Shown one piece after another: positions 29,377-38,866 of a stretch of DNA of 64,000 nucleotides. The stretch comes from Telmatospirillum sp. (GTDB lineage: Bacteria; Pseudomonadota; Alphaproteobacteria; CACIAM-22H2): positions 22,552 to 86,551 of the forward strand of contig JADCGL010000009.1 in the NCBI GenBank assembly GCA_020248985.1, written 5' to 3'. Within the stretch, counting starts at the first letter, position 1. Every line of letters begins with the position of its first letter. Under the pieces are notes generated by a model. It saw only the letters and a list, made by a program, of their open reading frames with translations. It ran no database searches and was not told where the DNA came from. Position numbers and translations under genes: made by a program.

Positions 29377-30132
29377 ATGGCGGCTGCGGCAGGCACGGAA
29401 GAACGCGGCGGATCGCCGCAAACCATTCGCGCGCAGCTTGCCGTGCGCGAAATGCTGATGGCGGGCGAAATCCGCCCGGGCGAGCGCGTGTCGGAACTGG
29501 CGATCGTCGAACGGAGCGGCGCCTCGCGCACGCCCGTGCGCGCAGCACTGATGGCGCTGGCCGACGAAGGCCTGCTCGACCCGATCCCGACCGGCGGCTA
29601 TGCCGCGCGCAGCTTCTCGGTCCGCGAAGTTCTCGACGCGATCGAACTGCGCGGCACGCTTGAAGGGCTTGCCGCGCGCTTTGCAGCCGAGCGCGGCGCA
29701 AGTGCGGCACGGCTTGCGGACATGCGCGCCACGCTCACGCAACTCGATGCGGTCGTCGACGCCCTGCAGTGCAACGGCGACGCATTCGAAGACTATGTGG
29801 CGCTCAACGGCCGTTTCCACGCCCAGATCGCCGCCGCCGCCGACAGCGCCGTTCTCGAGCGCCAAATCGAGCGCGCCCAATCCCTGCCCTTCGCGTCGCC
29901 GAACGCCTTCGTCGCAGCGCAAAGTGCCCAGAAGCGCCAATCGCTGCTCTTCGCGCAGGAACACCATCGCTGCGTCTTCGACGCGATCTCGCAGCGCCAA
30001 GGGACCCGTGCGGAAAGCCTGATGCGCGAGCATTCGCGCCTGGCCGCACAGAGTTTCGCGCTGTCGGCGCGGTCCGGCGAGGCGCTCGCCCATGTTCCGG
30101 GGGCCGCCCTCATCCGGTTGACCGCCATCTAG
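29377..30132 (+). CDS. GntR-family transcriptional regulator (FadR-like C-terminal domain), candidate VanR
   Basis: The real part of track ORF 28474..30132 starts at the ATG at 29377. Winged-helix region (GERVSELAIVERSGASRTPVRAALMALADEGLL) plus a helical FCD-like C-terminus. It sits between vanA and vanB. Confidence 0.8.
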   Translation: MAAAAGTEERGGSPQTIRAQLAVREMLMAGEIRPGERVSELAIVERSGASRTPVRAALMALADEGLLDPIPTGGYAARSFSVREVLDAIELRGTLEGLAARFAAERGASAARLADMRATLTQLDAVVDALQCNGDAFEDYVALNGRFHAQIAAAADSAVLERQIERAQSLPFASPNAFVAAQSAQKRQSLLFAQEHHRCVFDAISQRQGTRAESLMREHSRLAAQSFALSARSGEALAHVPGAALIRLTAI

Positions 30133-30143
30133 AAGGCCAAGCG

Positions 30144-31124
30144 ATGCGCAACACCGCCCATTGGCAGGATGCCGAAATCCGCGCGATCCACGACGTCGCC
30201 CGAGATGTGCGCGCGTTCGAGATCGTCCCGCTCGACGGGCAGGTGCGCAGCTTCGCGCCGGGCGCGCATCTCGATGTCGGGGTCATGGTCGACGGCTTGG
30301 CGCAGACGCGGTCCTATTCGCTGGTCGGCGAACCCGTGCCGGGCCGCTACCGGATCGCGGTCAAGCGCGTGGCGCCGTCGCGCGGCGGATCGGCCTATAT
30401 GTGGCGCCTGGCGCCGACAAACCGGCTGCGGATCGCAGGGCCGAAATCGGCGTTTGAAATCGAATTGGGGCGCAGCGCCTATCTGCTCGTCGCGGGCGGG
30501 ATCGGCGTCACGCCCATCGTCGGCATGGCGCAAGCGCTCGCCCGCCGCGGCCATGCGGTGCGCATGCTCTACGCGGCGCGCTCGGCAGCCGACCTCGCGT
30601 TTGCCGACGAACTGCGCGCAGCGCTCGGCTCGGCGCTCGAAACTTTTCTCGACAGCGACGGGCGCAGGATCGATTTCGCCGCCGAGTTCGCCGCATTGGC
30701 GCCCGATGCGTTGTGCGCCGTGTGCGGTCCCTTGCCGATGCTCGAAGCCGCGCGGCGCGCATGGGCAGCCGCCGGACGTCCGCTTGCCAATCTGCGCTGG
30801 GAGACATTCGGCTCTTCCGGCGCACATCCGGCCGAGGCCTTCAAAATCCGGCTGCCGCGGCACGGCGTCGAATTGCTCGTGCCGAAGAACCGCACGATCC
30901 TCGAGACCCTCGATGCGGCGGGCATTGCGACAATCTCGGACTGCCGCAAAGGCGAATGCGGCCTGTGCGCGATGGACGTGCTCGCGTGCGACGGCGTCAT
31001 CGACCATCGCGACGTCTTTTTTTCCGAAGCGCAGAAGGCGCGCGGCGACCGCATCTGCGTGTGCGTCTCGCGCGCGCGCGGCACGCTCACGCTCGACACG
31101 GACGACCGCCCCGACGCGATCTAG
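30144..31124 (+). CDS. vanB: PDR-type oxidoreductase (FMN/NAD-binding plus C-terminal plant-type 2Fe-2S), VanB family
   Basis: The ATG at 30144 lies within track ORF 29769..31124. Contains RSYSL, GGSAYM, LLVAGGIGVTPI and a C-terminal CRKGECGLCAMDV...C cluster. Confidence 0.85.
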   Translation: MRNTAHWQDAEIRAIHDVARDVRAFEIVPLDGQVRSFAPGAHLDVGVMVDGLAQTRSYSLVGEPVPGRYRIAVKRVAPSRGGSAYMWRLAPTNRLRIAGPKSAFEIELGRSAYLLVAGGIGVTPIVGMAQALARRGHAVRMLYAARSAADLAFADELRAALGSALETFLDSDGRRIDFAAEFAALAPDALCAVCGPLPMLEAARRAWAAAGRPLANLRWETFGSSGAHPAEAFKIRLPRHGVELLVPKNRTILETLDAAGIATISDCRKGECGLCAMDVLACDGVIDHRDVFFSEAQKARGDRICVCVSRARGTLTLDTDDRPDAI

Positions 31125-31138
31125 CGCGCGGACCCGCG

Positions 31139-31882
31139 CTAGCGCAGCACGCGCGACAGGAACGTCTGGGTCCGCGCATTTTGCGGTGCCGTGAAAAACC
31201 GGTCGGGCGGTGCCGTCTCGACGATCTCGCCGCCGACCATGAACACGACGCGGTCGGCGACCTCGCGCGCAAAACCCATCTCGTGCGTGACCACCAACAT
31301 CGTCATGCGCTGGGCGGCGAGCTTGGCCATCACATCCAGCACCTCGCCCACCAGTTCGGGATCGAGGGCGGAGGTGGCTTCGTCGAACAGCATCACGCGC
31401 GGCTGCATCGCAAGGGCGCGCGCGATCGCGACACGCTGCTGCTGGCCGCCCGAAAGCTGGGCAGGATACTTCGCCTGAAAGTCGCCAAGCCCGACCTGGG
31501 CCAGGAGCTCGGCGCCGCGGCGCTCGGCCGTCGTACGGTCGAGCTTCAGCACCGTGCGCGGACCTTCCGTCACGTTTTCGAGCGCCGACAGATGCGGCCA
31601 CAGATTGAAATTCTGGAAGACCATGCCGACCTTGGTCCGCAGGCCCTGCAGTTGTGAGGCACTTGCGTTCGGATCGATGCGCACGCCGTCAACAGAAACG
31701 GTCCCTTCCTGGTGCCGCTCGAGCTGGTTCACGAGCCGTAACAGCGTGCTTTTGCCCGCGCCCGAGGGGCCCACGAAAGCGACGACCTCGCCCTCGGCCA
31801 CGCGCAGATCGACGTTCTTGAGAACGCTTGCGGCACCGAAGCGCTTGGTCACGCCAACGAACTCGACGATGGGCGCGCTCAT
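31139..31882 (-). CDS. Polar amino-acid ABC transporter ATP-binding protein
   Basis: Trimmed to the ATG at 31882, an ATGA overlap with the permease stop. Walker [44 protein letters not shown]. Confidence 0.92.
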   Translation of the reverse strand: MSAPIVEFVGVTKRFGAASVLKNVDLRVAEGEVVAFVGPSGAGKSTLLRLVNQLERHQEGTVSVDGVRIDPNASASQLQGLRTKVGMVFQNFNLWPHLSALENVTEGPRTVLKLDRTTAERRGAELLAQVGLGDFQAKYPAQLSGGQQQRVAIARALAMQPRVMLFDEATSALDPELVGEVLDVMAKLAAQRMTMLVVTHEMGFAREVADRVVFMVGGEIVETAPPDRFFTAPQNARTQTFLSRVLR

Positions 31883-32535
31883 TTGACCACGTAGTAGCCG
31901 AGGCGCTTTTCGAGCAGCGTCTGCATAGCCTGCAGGAAGGTGGTCAGCAGCAGATAGATGAGACCTGCCGTGCCGAGGATCTCGGCGACCTTGTAGGTCG
32001 AGCTGTAGAGCGATTCGGCCGTGAACATGAGTTCCTTGACCGAGATCACCGAGACCAGCGACGTGTTTTTGACGAGCGTGATCGACTGGCCCACATAAGG
32101 CGGCAAGGCGGGCCGGACGGCAAGCGGCAGCACGATGCGCCGCATCACCTGGAACGGCGCCATGCCGACGGCGTAGCCCGCCTCGGCCTGGCCCGTCGGC
32201 ACGCCGTTGATCGCGGCGCGGAAAATCTCGGCGTAGTAAGCCGAAATGCCGACCGACAAAGTGACCACGCCCGCGACGTAAGGGCTCAAGCGCAGACCGA
32301 CCGTGGGCAGCCAATAATAGACCGCGAGAATCTGCAGCAGCAGCGGCGTGCCGCGAATGATCCAGACATAGACGAACGCAAAACCCGAGAGTGCGCGGCT
32401 ATTGCCGATCCGCATGAGGCAGATTGCCAAGCCCAAAGCGCTGCCGAAGACCAGCGACAGCAGCGAAATCTCGATCGTGCCCAAAGCTGCTTGCAGCAGG
32501 AATGGCAGATAATGCAGGACGACCGCGAAGTCCAA
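31879..32535 (-). CDS. Polar amino-acid ABC transporter permease (His/Glu/Gln/Arg/opine family)
   Basis: 218 aa with a typical N-terminus ([22 protein letters not shown]), [10 protein letters not shown] and an EAA-like loop. Confidence 0.88.
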   Translation of the reverse strand: MDFAVVLHYLPFLLQAALGTIEISLLSLVFGSALGLAICLMRIGNSRALSGFAFVYVWIIRGTPLLLQILAVYYWLPTVGLRLSPYVAGVVTLSVGISAYYAEIFRAAINGVPTGQAEAGYAVGMAPFQVMRRIVLPLAVRPALPPYVGQSITLVKNTSLVSVISVKELMFTAESLYSSTYKVAEILGTAGLIYLLLTTFLQAMQTLLEKRLGYYVVK

Positions 32536-32698
32536 AGCGCCCCCAAAACGACGACGGAAACGGGTTGCGACAAAATCGGGCGAATGCGCAAAATTTCAGC
32601 ACCGAAGATGCGAGAGAGGCCGAATTTGCGGTGTTTGTTGACAACATCGCCGAGACAACCAATCGTATCCGCCGTGATGCTATTTGGGAGGGGGCACG

Positions 32699-33481
32699 AT
32701 GCGCAACCGAATTCTCGCGGCCTTTCTGGTGTTCGCCGCCGTCTTTGCAAACGCGCGCGCGGCCGACGCGCAGTCCTTGGCCGAGATCAAGTCGCGCGGC
32801 TATCTGCAGATCGGCACGTCCGGTACGGGCGCGCCCTTCACCTATCTCGACAGCAAAAACGAACTCGTCGGCTACGACATCGACTGGGCCGCCGTGATCG
32901 GCAAAAGCCTCGGCGTTGCGGTGCGCTTCCAGGCGATGCCGTTCAGCGGCTTGCTGCCGGCCCTGCAGGCGGGTCAGGTCGACATGGTCATGTCCGCCGT
33001 GCGCATCACCGACGAGCGGCGGCAGAGTTTCGACTTCTCGATCCCCTATTCCTACGAAGCGACCGTGGCGATCGTGAAGGCAAGCGACCGCACGTCGACT
33101 TCGTTCGACGCGATCAAAGGCAAAGTCGTGGCGGCGGTCGCCAACTCGTTCCAGGAAGAAGCCGTCAAAAAGGTCGGCGGCTACAAGACGCTGCTGTCGC
33201 TGCGCAACGGCTCGGACATCTATCTTGCTTTGCGCAGCGGCCAGGCCGACATCGGCGTTACGGGCATGAGTGCGGCGGGCCACTACATCAATTCCGGCAA
33301 CAGCGACATCCGCATCGCGGGCGAGGGTGTGGGCCTCAGCCCGCAAGGCATCGTGTTCCGCAAGGGCTCGACCGAGCTTCGCACTGCGGTCGATGCGATC
33401 ATTGCGGCGGGTAAAGCCGACGGCACCTACCAGACGCTGTTCCGCAAGAATATCGGGGTCGATGCGCCGAAGGATCCGTAG
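32699..33481 (+). CDS. Polar amino-acid ABC transporter substrate-binding protein (family 3)
   Basis: The ATG at 32699 follows GGGAGGGGG. Signal peptide MRNRILAAFLVFAAVFANARA. Sequence LQIGTSGTGAPFTY.D..NELVGYDIDWA...LG; MSAVRITDERR. Confidence 0.85.
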   Translation: MRNRILAAFLVFAAVFANARAADAQSLAEIKSRGYLQIGTSGTGAPFTYLDSKNELVGYDIDWAAVIGKSLGVAVRFQAMPFSGLLPALQAGQVDMVMSAVRITDERRQSFDFSIPYSYEATVAIVKASDRTSTSFDAIKGKVVAAVANSFQEEAVKKVGGYKTLLSLRNGSDIYLALRSGQADIGVTGMSAAGHYINSGNSDIRIAGEGVGLSPQGIVFRKGSTELRTAVDAIIAAGKADGTYQTLFRKNIGVDAPKDP

Positions 33482-33510
33482 GAGCCCGCGCGCAACGAAT
33501 CGCCCGAACG

Positions 33511-34539
33511 ATGAACCGAAAACCGCTGATCGTCGCGGTCGATCCGCAGCATGCGGACCGCGACATCGAAGAAAAGCTGTGCGGCAGCGAATTCGATTAT
33601 TCGTTCGTGCCGTTCGACCAGCCGCCGGGCACGCGGCTTGCCGACGCGGTCTATGCGCAGGCCGACGCGTGGCTCAACTACCGCAGCCGCCATCGTCTCG
33701 GCGCCGATATCATCGCGCGGCTCGCCAAATGCCGCATCATCGTCACGTCGGGCGTCGGCTTCGACCATATCGATCTCGCCGCCGCTTCGGCCGCCGGCAT
33801 CCCTGTGTGCAATGTGCCGGACTACGGCACGACCGACGTCGCCGATCACGCGCTCGCCTTGCTGCTCGCGTTGGCGCGCGGCGTTGTCGCCTACGACGCG
33901 CATCTGCGCGCGGACGGCAAATGGACAACGCGCGATCTGCCGTCGGTCTGCCGTTTGCGCGGCCGCACGCTCGGCATCGTCGGTCTTGGCCGCATCGGCC
34001 AAGCCTTCGCGCGCCGGGCGGCCGCGCTCGAAATGGATGTCGCGTTCTACGATCCCCATCTCGCACCGGGTGCGGAACTTGCCGTCGGCTATCGCCGGTA
34101 CGATTCGCTGAAGACATTGCTCGCCGCATCGCATATCGTGTCGCTGCACACACCGCTCGACGAGCAAACGCGCGGCATGATCGATGCGGCCGCCCTTGCG
34201 GCCATGCCGCAAGGTGCGGTGCTGATCAACACAAGCCGCGGCAAGGTGCTCGATCTCGACGCGGTCGAAGCCGCGTTACGCAGCGGCCATCTGCGCGCCG
34301 CCGGGCTCGATGTGTTGCCCGACGAACCGCCGGATTTTTCGCACCCGTTGCTCGCGGCGTGGCAACGGCGCGACGCCTGGCTCGACGATCGCCTCATCGT
34401 GACACCGCACGCGGCCTTCCATTCGCCCGAATCGATCGCCGACAAACGGCGTCTGACGACATCGACCGCGATCGACTATCTGCGCGCGGGTCGCTTGCGC
34501 GCCTGTCTCAACGAAAAAGCGATCGCACGCTTCAGGTAG
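33511..34539 (+). CDS. D-isomer-specific 2-hydroxyacid dehydrogenase family (CtBP-like) NAD-binding oxidoreductase
   Basis: NAD fold GIVGLGRIGQAFARRA. Catalytic-region motifs (LINTSRG, TPHAAF). Confidence 0.85.
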   Translation: MNRKPLIVAVDPQHADRDIEEKLCGSEFDYSFVPFDQPPGTRLADAVYAQADAWLNYRSRHRLGADIIARLAKCRIIVTSGVGFDHIDLAAASAAGIPVCNVPDYGTTDVADHALALLLALARGVVAYDAHLRADGKWTTRDLPSVCRLRGRTLGIVGLGRIGQAFARRAAALEMDVAFYDPHLAPGAELAVGYRRYDSLKTLLAASHIVSLHTPLDEQTRGMIDAAALAAMPQGAVLINTSRGKVLDLDAVEAALRSGHLRAAGLDVLPDEPPDFSHPLLAAWQRRDAWLDDRLIVTPHAAFHSPESIADKRRLTTSTAIDYLRAGRLRACLNEKAIARFR

Positions 34540-35971
34540 GATCGAACTCGGGCGTCGAGTAATCGAGCAGCGCTTGCGCGTGATGCGCGATGTCCGCGCA
34601 GAACAGGTCGCGCACGATGGCGCGTGCGAGATGCGGGGCGGCGAATTTCATGGCGCTGATCGACGAGCCCGACGGGCCGAAACTCGCGGTCGCACCGAAA
34701 TTGAAGCAATGGATGCGGTCGAGCCACGGGGCCGCCCCCGGAACTTTCTGCGTGAACGCCATGCTCGCATCGAGATACGGGTAGCGCGCCAATCGCGGAT
34801 TGGCGAATTCGGCGGGCGGCACGTAGCGATCGCCCCAGGTCGCCACATGCTCGGCAATACCGGCAAGCTCGCGGCGCAAAGAGAGATCGACATCGAACCC
34901 CGTTCCGGCGATCGCAAAATCCGCGACGATGTCGCCGACCGGCGTGGTCAGCACGGCACGGCCTTCCTGGGCGCGTGCGGCAAGCACGCCGGCATTCGTC
35001 GCCAGACGGAAATTCGGATGGCTGCGCGCGCGTTCCCAGGTTTCTTTGGGAAACGCTTCGCGTACGGTCAGCAGATGATGGGCCAAGCGCCAGCGCATCG
35101 CGTCGGGCAGGCTTGCGAAATTGCCGAGGAAGCCCGGATTGGCGATGATCTTGTAGGGCTGCACGCGCTGCAAATCGGGCCGGCGGCACAGCACGACGAC
35201 TTCGGCAGCCCCCTGCTCGAGGGCTGTTGCCGCATTGTCGAAGGCCGATGCCCCTGCCCCGATCACCGCCACGCGTTTGCCCGCAAGAAGCGAAAAATCG
35301 ATCGGGTCGGCCGCATGCGCGCGCAAAGACGGCGGCAAGGCTTCGATTTCGGGAGGCATCCACCAGCGGCCGCTCGATTCGATGCCCATCGCCAGCACGA
35401 GCTTGCGCGCATAGACGGTCTCGGCGCGCCCGTCGCATTTCAGCGCAATGCGCAAAAAAGCGTCATCGGGCACGGCCCCCTCGAAGCGCGTGCGATTGCG
35501 CACCGGCAAAGCCAGCACGCGCGCGAACCAGGCGAGATAGGCCTGCCAGTCGCCCTTGTCGATCTTGCCGAGGGCCGCGAAGGCGGCAGCCCCGTGCTGG
35601 GCTTCGTACCAGGCCTGGAAGGTCAGGTTCGGCACGCCCATGTCGGGGCCGGTGACTTTTTTGTGCGTGCGCAGCGTCTTCATGCGCGCAAAACGCCGCC
35701 AAATGCCCTCCCCGCCCGGTGCGGCTTCGTCCACCACCAGAATATTCGCCACGCGCGCGCGCTTGAGCTCGGCTGCGACCGCAAGGCCGCTTTGCCCGCC
35801 GCCCGCGATCAGCACGTCCAGCACCGGCGCATCGCCGCGCTGCCGCGCCGGGACCCATGCACCCTCGGGATAACCCACCAGATCGAGATCGCGCGCGACG
35901 GCCGCTTCGAGCATTTCAAGCGAGGCAAGCTGCAACTTTTTTTCTCCATCCGCGCGATTGGACTTATGCAC
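34532..35971 (-). CDS. FAD/NAD(P)-binding oxidoreductase (class-B flavoprotein monooxygenase-like)
   Basis: Two dinucleotide-binding motifs (VLIAGGGQSGLA and VAVIGAGASAFD). GTG start at 35971, with an alternative ATG at 35914. Confidence 0.7.
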   Translation of the reverse strand: MHKSNRADGEKKLQLASLEMLEAAVARDLDLVGYPEGAWVPARQRGDAPVLDVLIAGGGQSGLAVAAELKRARVANILVVDEAAPGGEGIWRRFARMKTLRTHKKVTGPDMGVPNLTFQAWYEAQHGAAAFAALGKIDKGDWQAYLAWFARVLALPVRNRTRFEGAVPDDAFLRIALKCDGRAETVYARKLVLAMGIESSGRWWMPPEIEALPPSLRAHAADPIDFSLLAGKRVAVIGAGASAFDNAATALEQGAAEVVVLCRRPDLQRVQPYKIIANPGFLGNFASLPDAMRWRLAHHLLTVREAFPKETWERARSHPNFRLATNAGVLAARAQEGRAVLTTPVGDIVADFAIAGTGFDVDLSLRRELAGIAEHVATWGDRYVPPAEFANPRLARYPYLDASMAFTQKVPGAAPWLDRIHCFNFGATASFGPSGSSISAMKFAAPHLARAIVRDLFCADIAHHAQALLDYSTPEFDPT

Positions 35972-36050
35972 CGAACAGGACCAAGGCTATTGTTTTCGAA
36001 GACGATGCGAAACCGAAATCAGGCTGCTGGGCAGCGATTGCGAGGGTCCC

Positions 36051-36782
36051 ATGGAAAAAGCGTTTGTTGCCATCCCGGCCGATCTCAAAGCCAAGCTCCT
36101 GTCGGTCGCCGTGCCGACGATTTCGGCCGTGCTGTTCAAGAAGGGCTTCAACAGCCGCTTCTTTGCAGGGCTCCAGCCGCTTTCCGAAAAGGCGAGCCGG
36201 TTCTGCGGTCCCGCCTGGACCGTGCGCGCCATTCCGGTGCGCGAGGACCTGCGCGCCAAAATCGCATCGGGCGAATTGCCGAGCCCCAACCGCCAGGCCT
36301 TCGACTCGACGCCCGCGGGTGCCGTTCTCGTCTGCGGCAGCGGCCTCAATCCCGACGTCGCAGTGATGGGCGACATTATCACCACCTCGCTGATGGTGCG
36401 CGGCGTGGCCGGTGCGGTCATCGACACCGGCGTTTCGGACGCGAACCTCATCGCGACGATGGCCTTCCCCATGGTCTGCACGGGCTCGGCACCGGTTTCG
36501 TCCTTCGCCAAGGTCATGGTGATCGACCACGGGCTGCCGATCGGTGTTGGCAATGTCGCCGTGTTCCCGGGCGACATCATTGTGGGTGATCCCAACGGGG
36601 CCGTCTGCATCCCGCGCGACATCGCCGAAGCGGTCGCCGACGCGGCCGTCGAGCAGGAGGCGTTGGAGGCCTTCATCCTCGCGCGCGTGCACGCAGGGGC
36701 CGCCCTCGAAGGGACCTACCCGCCGAACGCCGACACGATGGCAGCCTATCGCAGCGCGCGCGCAGCGCAGAAACCGCACTAG
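36051..36782 (+). CDS. RraA-family protein (HMG/CHA aldolase / RNase E regulator-like fold)
   Basis: Trimmed to the ATG at 36051. Family-typical core (GAVLV..G...DVAVMGDIITTSL..RGVAGAVIDTGVSD; GDIIVGDPNGAVCIP). Confidence 0.75.
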   Translation: MEKAFVAIPADLKAKLLSVAVPTISAVLFKKGFNSRFFAGLQPLSEKASRFCGPAWTVRAIPVREDLRAKIASGELPSPNRQAFDSTPAGAVLVCGSGLNPDVAVMGDIITTSLMVRGVAGAVIDTGVSDANLIATMAFPMVCTGSAPVSSFAKVMVIDHGLPIGVGNVAVFPGDIIVGDPNGAVCIPRDIAEAVADAAVEQEALEAFILARVHAGAALEGTYPPNADTMAAYRSARAAQKPH

Positions 36783-36863
36783 AGGCCGCCCTTCCCTTCG
36801 TACCTGCGGCGCGTTAGCCTTGCATTCAAAGACGACAAGAAACGAATGCAGGGAGAAGTCGAA

Positions 36864-38453
36864 ATGCCCATCCGTCGGATCCTTCTGGCCGTCTGCAGCC
36901 TTGTCGGCGCCGTCGCGACACTCGCGAGCGCGCCTGCCGAAGCGCAAACGCCGCAGCGCGGCGGCACGCTCGTGTTCGCGGTCAATTCGGAGCCGCCGAG
37001 CTACGACTGCATCAACACCACGACCTTCGTGGCGATGCAGACGCTGAGCCCGTTCTATTCCACGCTGCTCAAATACGATCCCGACAAGTTCCCGGAGATG
37101 CGCGGCGATCTCGCGGAAAGCTGGAGCGTATCGGCCGACGGGCTCGCCTATACGTTCCGCTTGCGCAGCGGCGTCAAATTCCACGACGGGGCGGAGCTAA
37201 CCGCCGAAGACGTGCGCGCGACCTTCGAGCGCATCCGCCGCCCGACGCAAGGCATCGTCTCGGTGCGCCAATCCGACTACGAAGACATCGCGTCGATCGA
37301 AACGCCGGATGCGCGCACGGTCGTCTTCCGGCTGACCGCTCCCAACGCGTCGATGCTGCTCAATTTCGCAAGCCCCTGGAACTGCGTGATGCGCGCGGCC
37401 GACCTCTCGCGCGATCCGCGGGCACCCGAGCGTACGATCAACGGCACCGGTCCCTATCGGCTGGGCGAACATTCGCGCGGCTCGCATCTGACGGGCCAGC
37501 GCAACCCGACCTATTTCGAGCCCGGCAAACCCTATCTCGACGGCTTCCGCATCGTCTTCATGTCGGGTGCCGCGATGGTCAATGCGCTGCAGGGCGGCCA
37601 GATCATGGCCGAGTTCCGCGGCCTCACGCCCGCCGAGCGCGACCGCCTCGTGGCCGCCGCCCCCGACCGCTTCAAGGTCGAAGAGTCGCCGTGGGTGTGC
37701 AAGATGGACGTCTATTTCAACCATCGCAAACCGCCGTTCGACGACGAGCGCGTGCGCCGCGCTCTCACGCTTGCGATCGACCGCTGGACAGGTTCGGCCG
37801 CCTTGTCGCGCACCGTATTCGTGAAGGCGGTGGGGGCGTCGCTGCGCCCGGGCGATCCACTGGCGATGAGCGATGCCGAAATCGAGAAATACCCGGGCTT
37901 CGGCCGCAACGGTGCGGCCGCCAAAGCCGAAGCGCGTCGCCTGCTGCAGGAGGCGGGACAAGGCAATCTGCGTTTCAAGCTCGTCACGCGCAACGTGCCG
38001 ATGCCGTTCCAGCCGATGGCCGTGTGGCTCATCGACCAATGGCGCCAGGTCGGCGTGACGGTCGAGAACACGCCGATGGAAGTGGCCCAGCAGAAGGCGA
38101 CCTACATCGCCGGCAACCACGAGGTCGGCCTCGATTCCAACTGCGTGGACGTGGACGATCCCAACCAGATGCTGCGCCTCTACGTGTCGAGCACGCGCTC
38201 GCCCACGAACTTCTCGCTCTACGAGGACGCGACACTCGACGATCTGTTCGAACGCCAACGCCGCACCGGCGACGCGGCCGAGCGCAAGCGTCTCATCCGC
38301 GAATTCGAAGACCGCTATCTGTCGCGCAGCATGACGGCACCGCTGCTGTGGTGGCACCGCATCGTGGTCTACGACAAGCGCATCCAGGGTTGGAAAGCGC
38401 TGCCCTCGCACTATCTCAACCAGGATCTCGCCGGTGTGTGGCTGGCGAACTGA
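36864..38453 (+). CDS. ABC transporter substrate-binding protein, family 5 (orphan: no adjacent permease or ATPase)
   Basis: The ATG at 36864 follows AGGGAGAAG. Signal peptide MPIRRILLAVCSLVGAVATLASAPAEA. Sequence RGGTLVFAV, VKFHDG, NPTYFEPGKPYLDG. Confidence 0.85.
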   Translation: MPIRRILLAVCSLVGAVATLASAPAEAQTPQRGGTLVFAVNSEPPSYDCINTTTFVAMQTLSPFYSTLLKYDPDKFPEMRGDLAESWSVSADGLAYTFRLRSGVKFHDGAELTAEDVRATFERIRRPTQGIVSVRQSDYEDIASIETPDARTVVFRLTAPNASMLLNFASPWNCVMRAADLSRDPRAPERTINGTGPYRLGEHSRGSHLTGQRNPTYFEPGKPYLDGFRIVFMSGAAMVNALQGGQIMAEFRGLTPAERDRLVAAAPDRFKVEESPWVCKMDVYFNHRKPPFDDERVRRALTLAIDRWTGSAALSRTVFVKAVGASLRPGDPLAMSDAEIEKYPGFGRNGAAAKAEARRLLQEAGQGNLRFKLVTRNVPMPFQPMAVWLIDQWRQVGVTVENTPMEVAQQKATYIAGNHEVGLDSNCVDVDDPNQMLRLYVSSTRSPTNFSLYEDATLDDLFERQRRTGDAAERKRLIREFEDRYLSRSMTAPLLWWHRIVVYDKRIQGWKALPSHYLNQDLAGVWLAN

Positions 38454-38476
38454 AGCCCCCCTTAAGGAAAATACCC

Positions 38477-38866
38477 ATGGAGCGGTCGGACGAAGAGTGG
38501 CGGCGCATCCTCACGCCGCAGCAATACGCCGTGCTGCGCGGGCACGGAACCGAGCGCGCAGGCTCGAGCCCGCTCGACCGCGAGAAGCGTGCGGGCATTT
38601 TCCATTGTGCGGGCTGCGATGCGCCTTTGTTCGACTCCATGAAGAAGTTCGACAGCCGCACCGGCTGGCCGAGCTTCACCGACACGCTGCCCGACGCGTG
38701 CGGCCGCAGCGAGGACCGCAAATTCTTCATGACGCGCATCGAGGTGCATTGCGCCAAGTGCAAAGGCCATTTGGGACACGTGTTCGAAGACGGGCCGCGG
38801 CCCACGGGCCTACGCTACTGCATGAACGGTGTGGCGCTCAAATTCGTGCCGGCGGAGGGCGCTTAA
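38477..38866 (+). CDS. msrB: Peptide-methionine (R)-S-oxide reductase MsrB
   Basis: The ATG at 38477 lies within track ORF 37691..38866. LTPQQY.VLR..GTE, zinc CxxC pairs (CAGCDAPLF, CAKCKGHLGHVF) and GLRYC.N. Confidence 0.95.
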   Translation: MERSDEEWRRILTPQQYAVLRGHGTERAGSSPLDREKRAGIFHCAGCDAPLFDSMKKFDSRTGWPSFTDTLPDACGRSEDRKFFMTRIEVHCAKCKGHLGHVFEDGPRPTGLRYCMNGVALKFVPAEGA

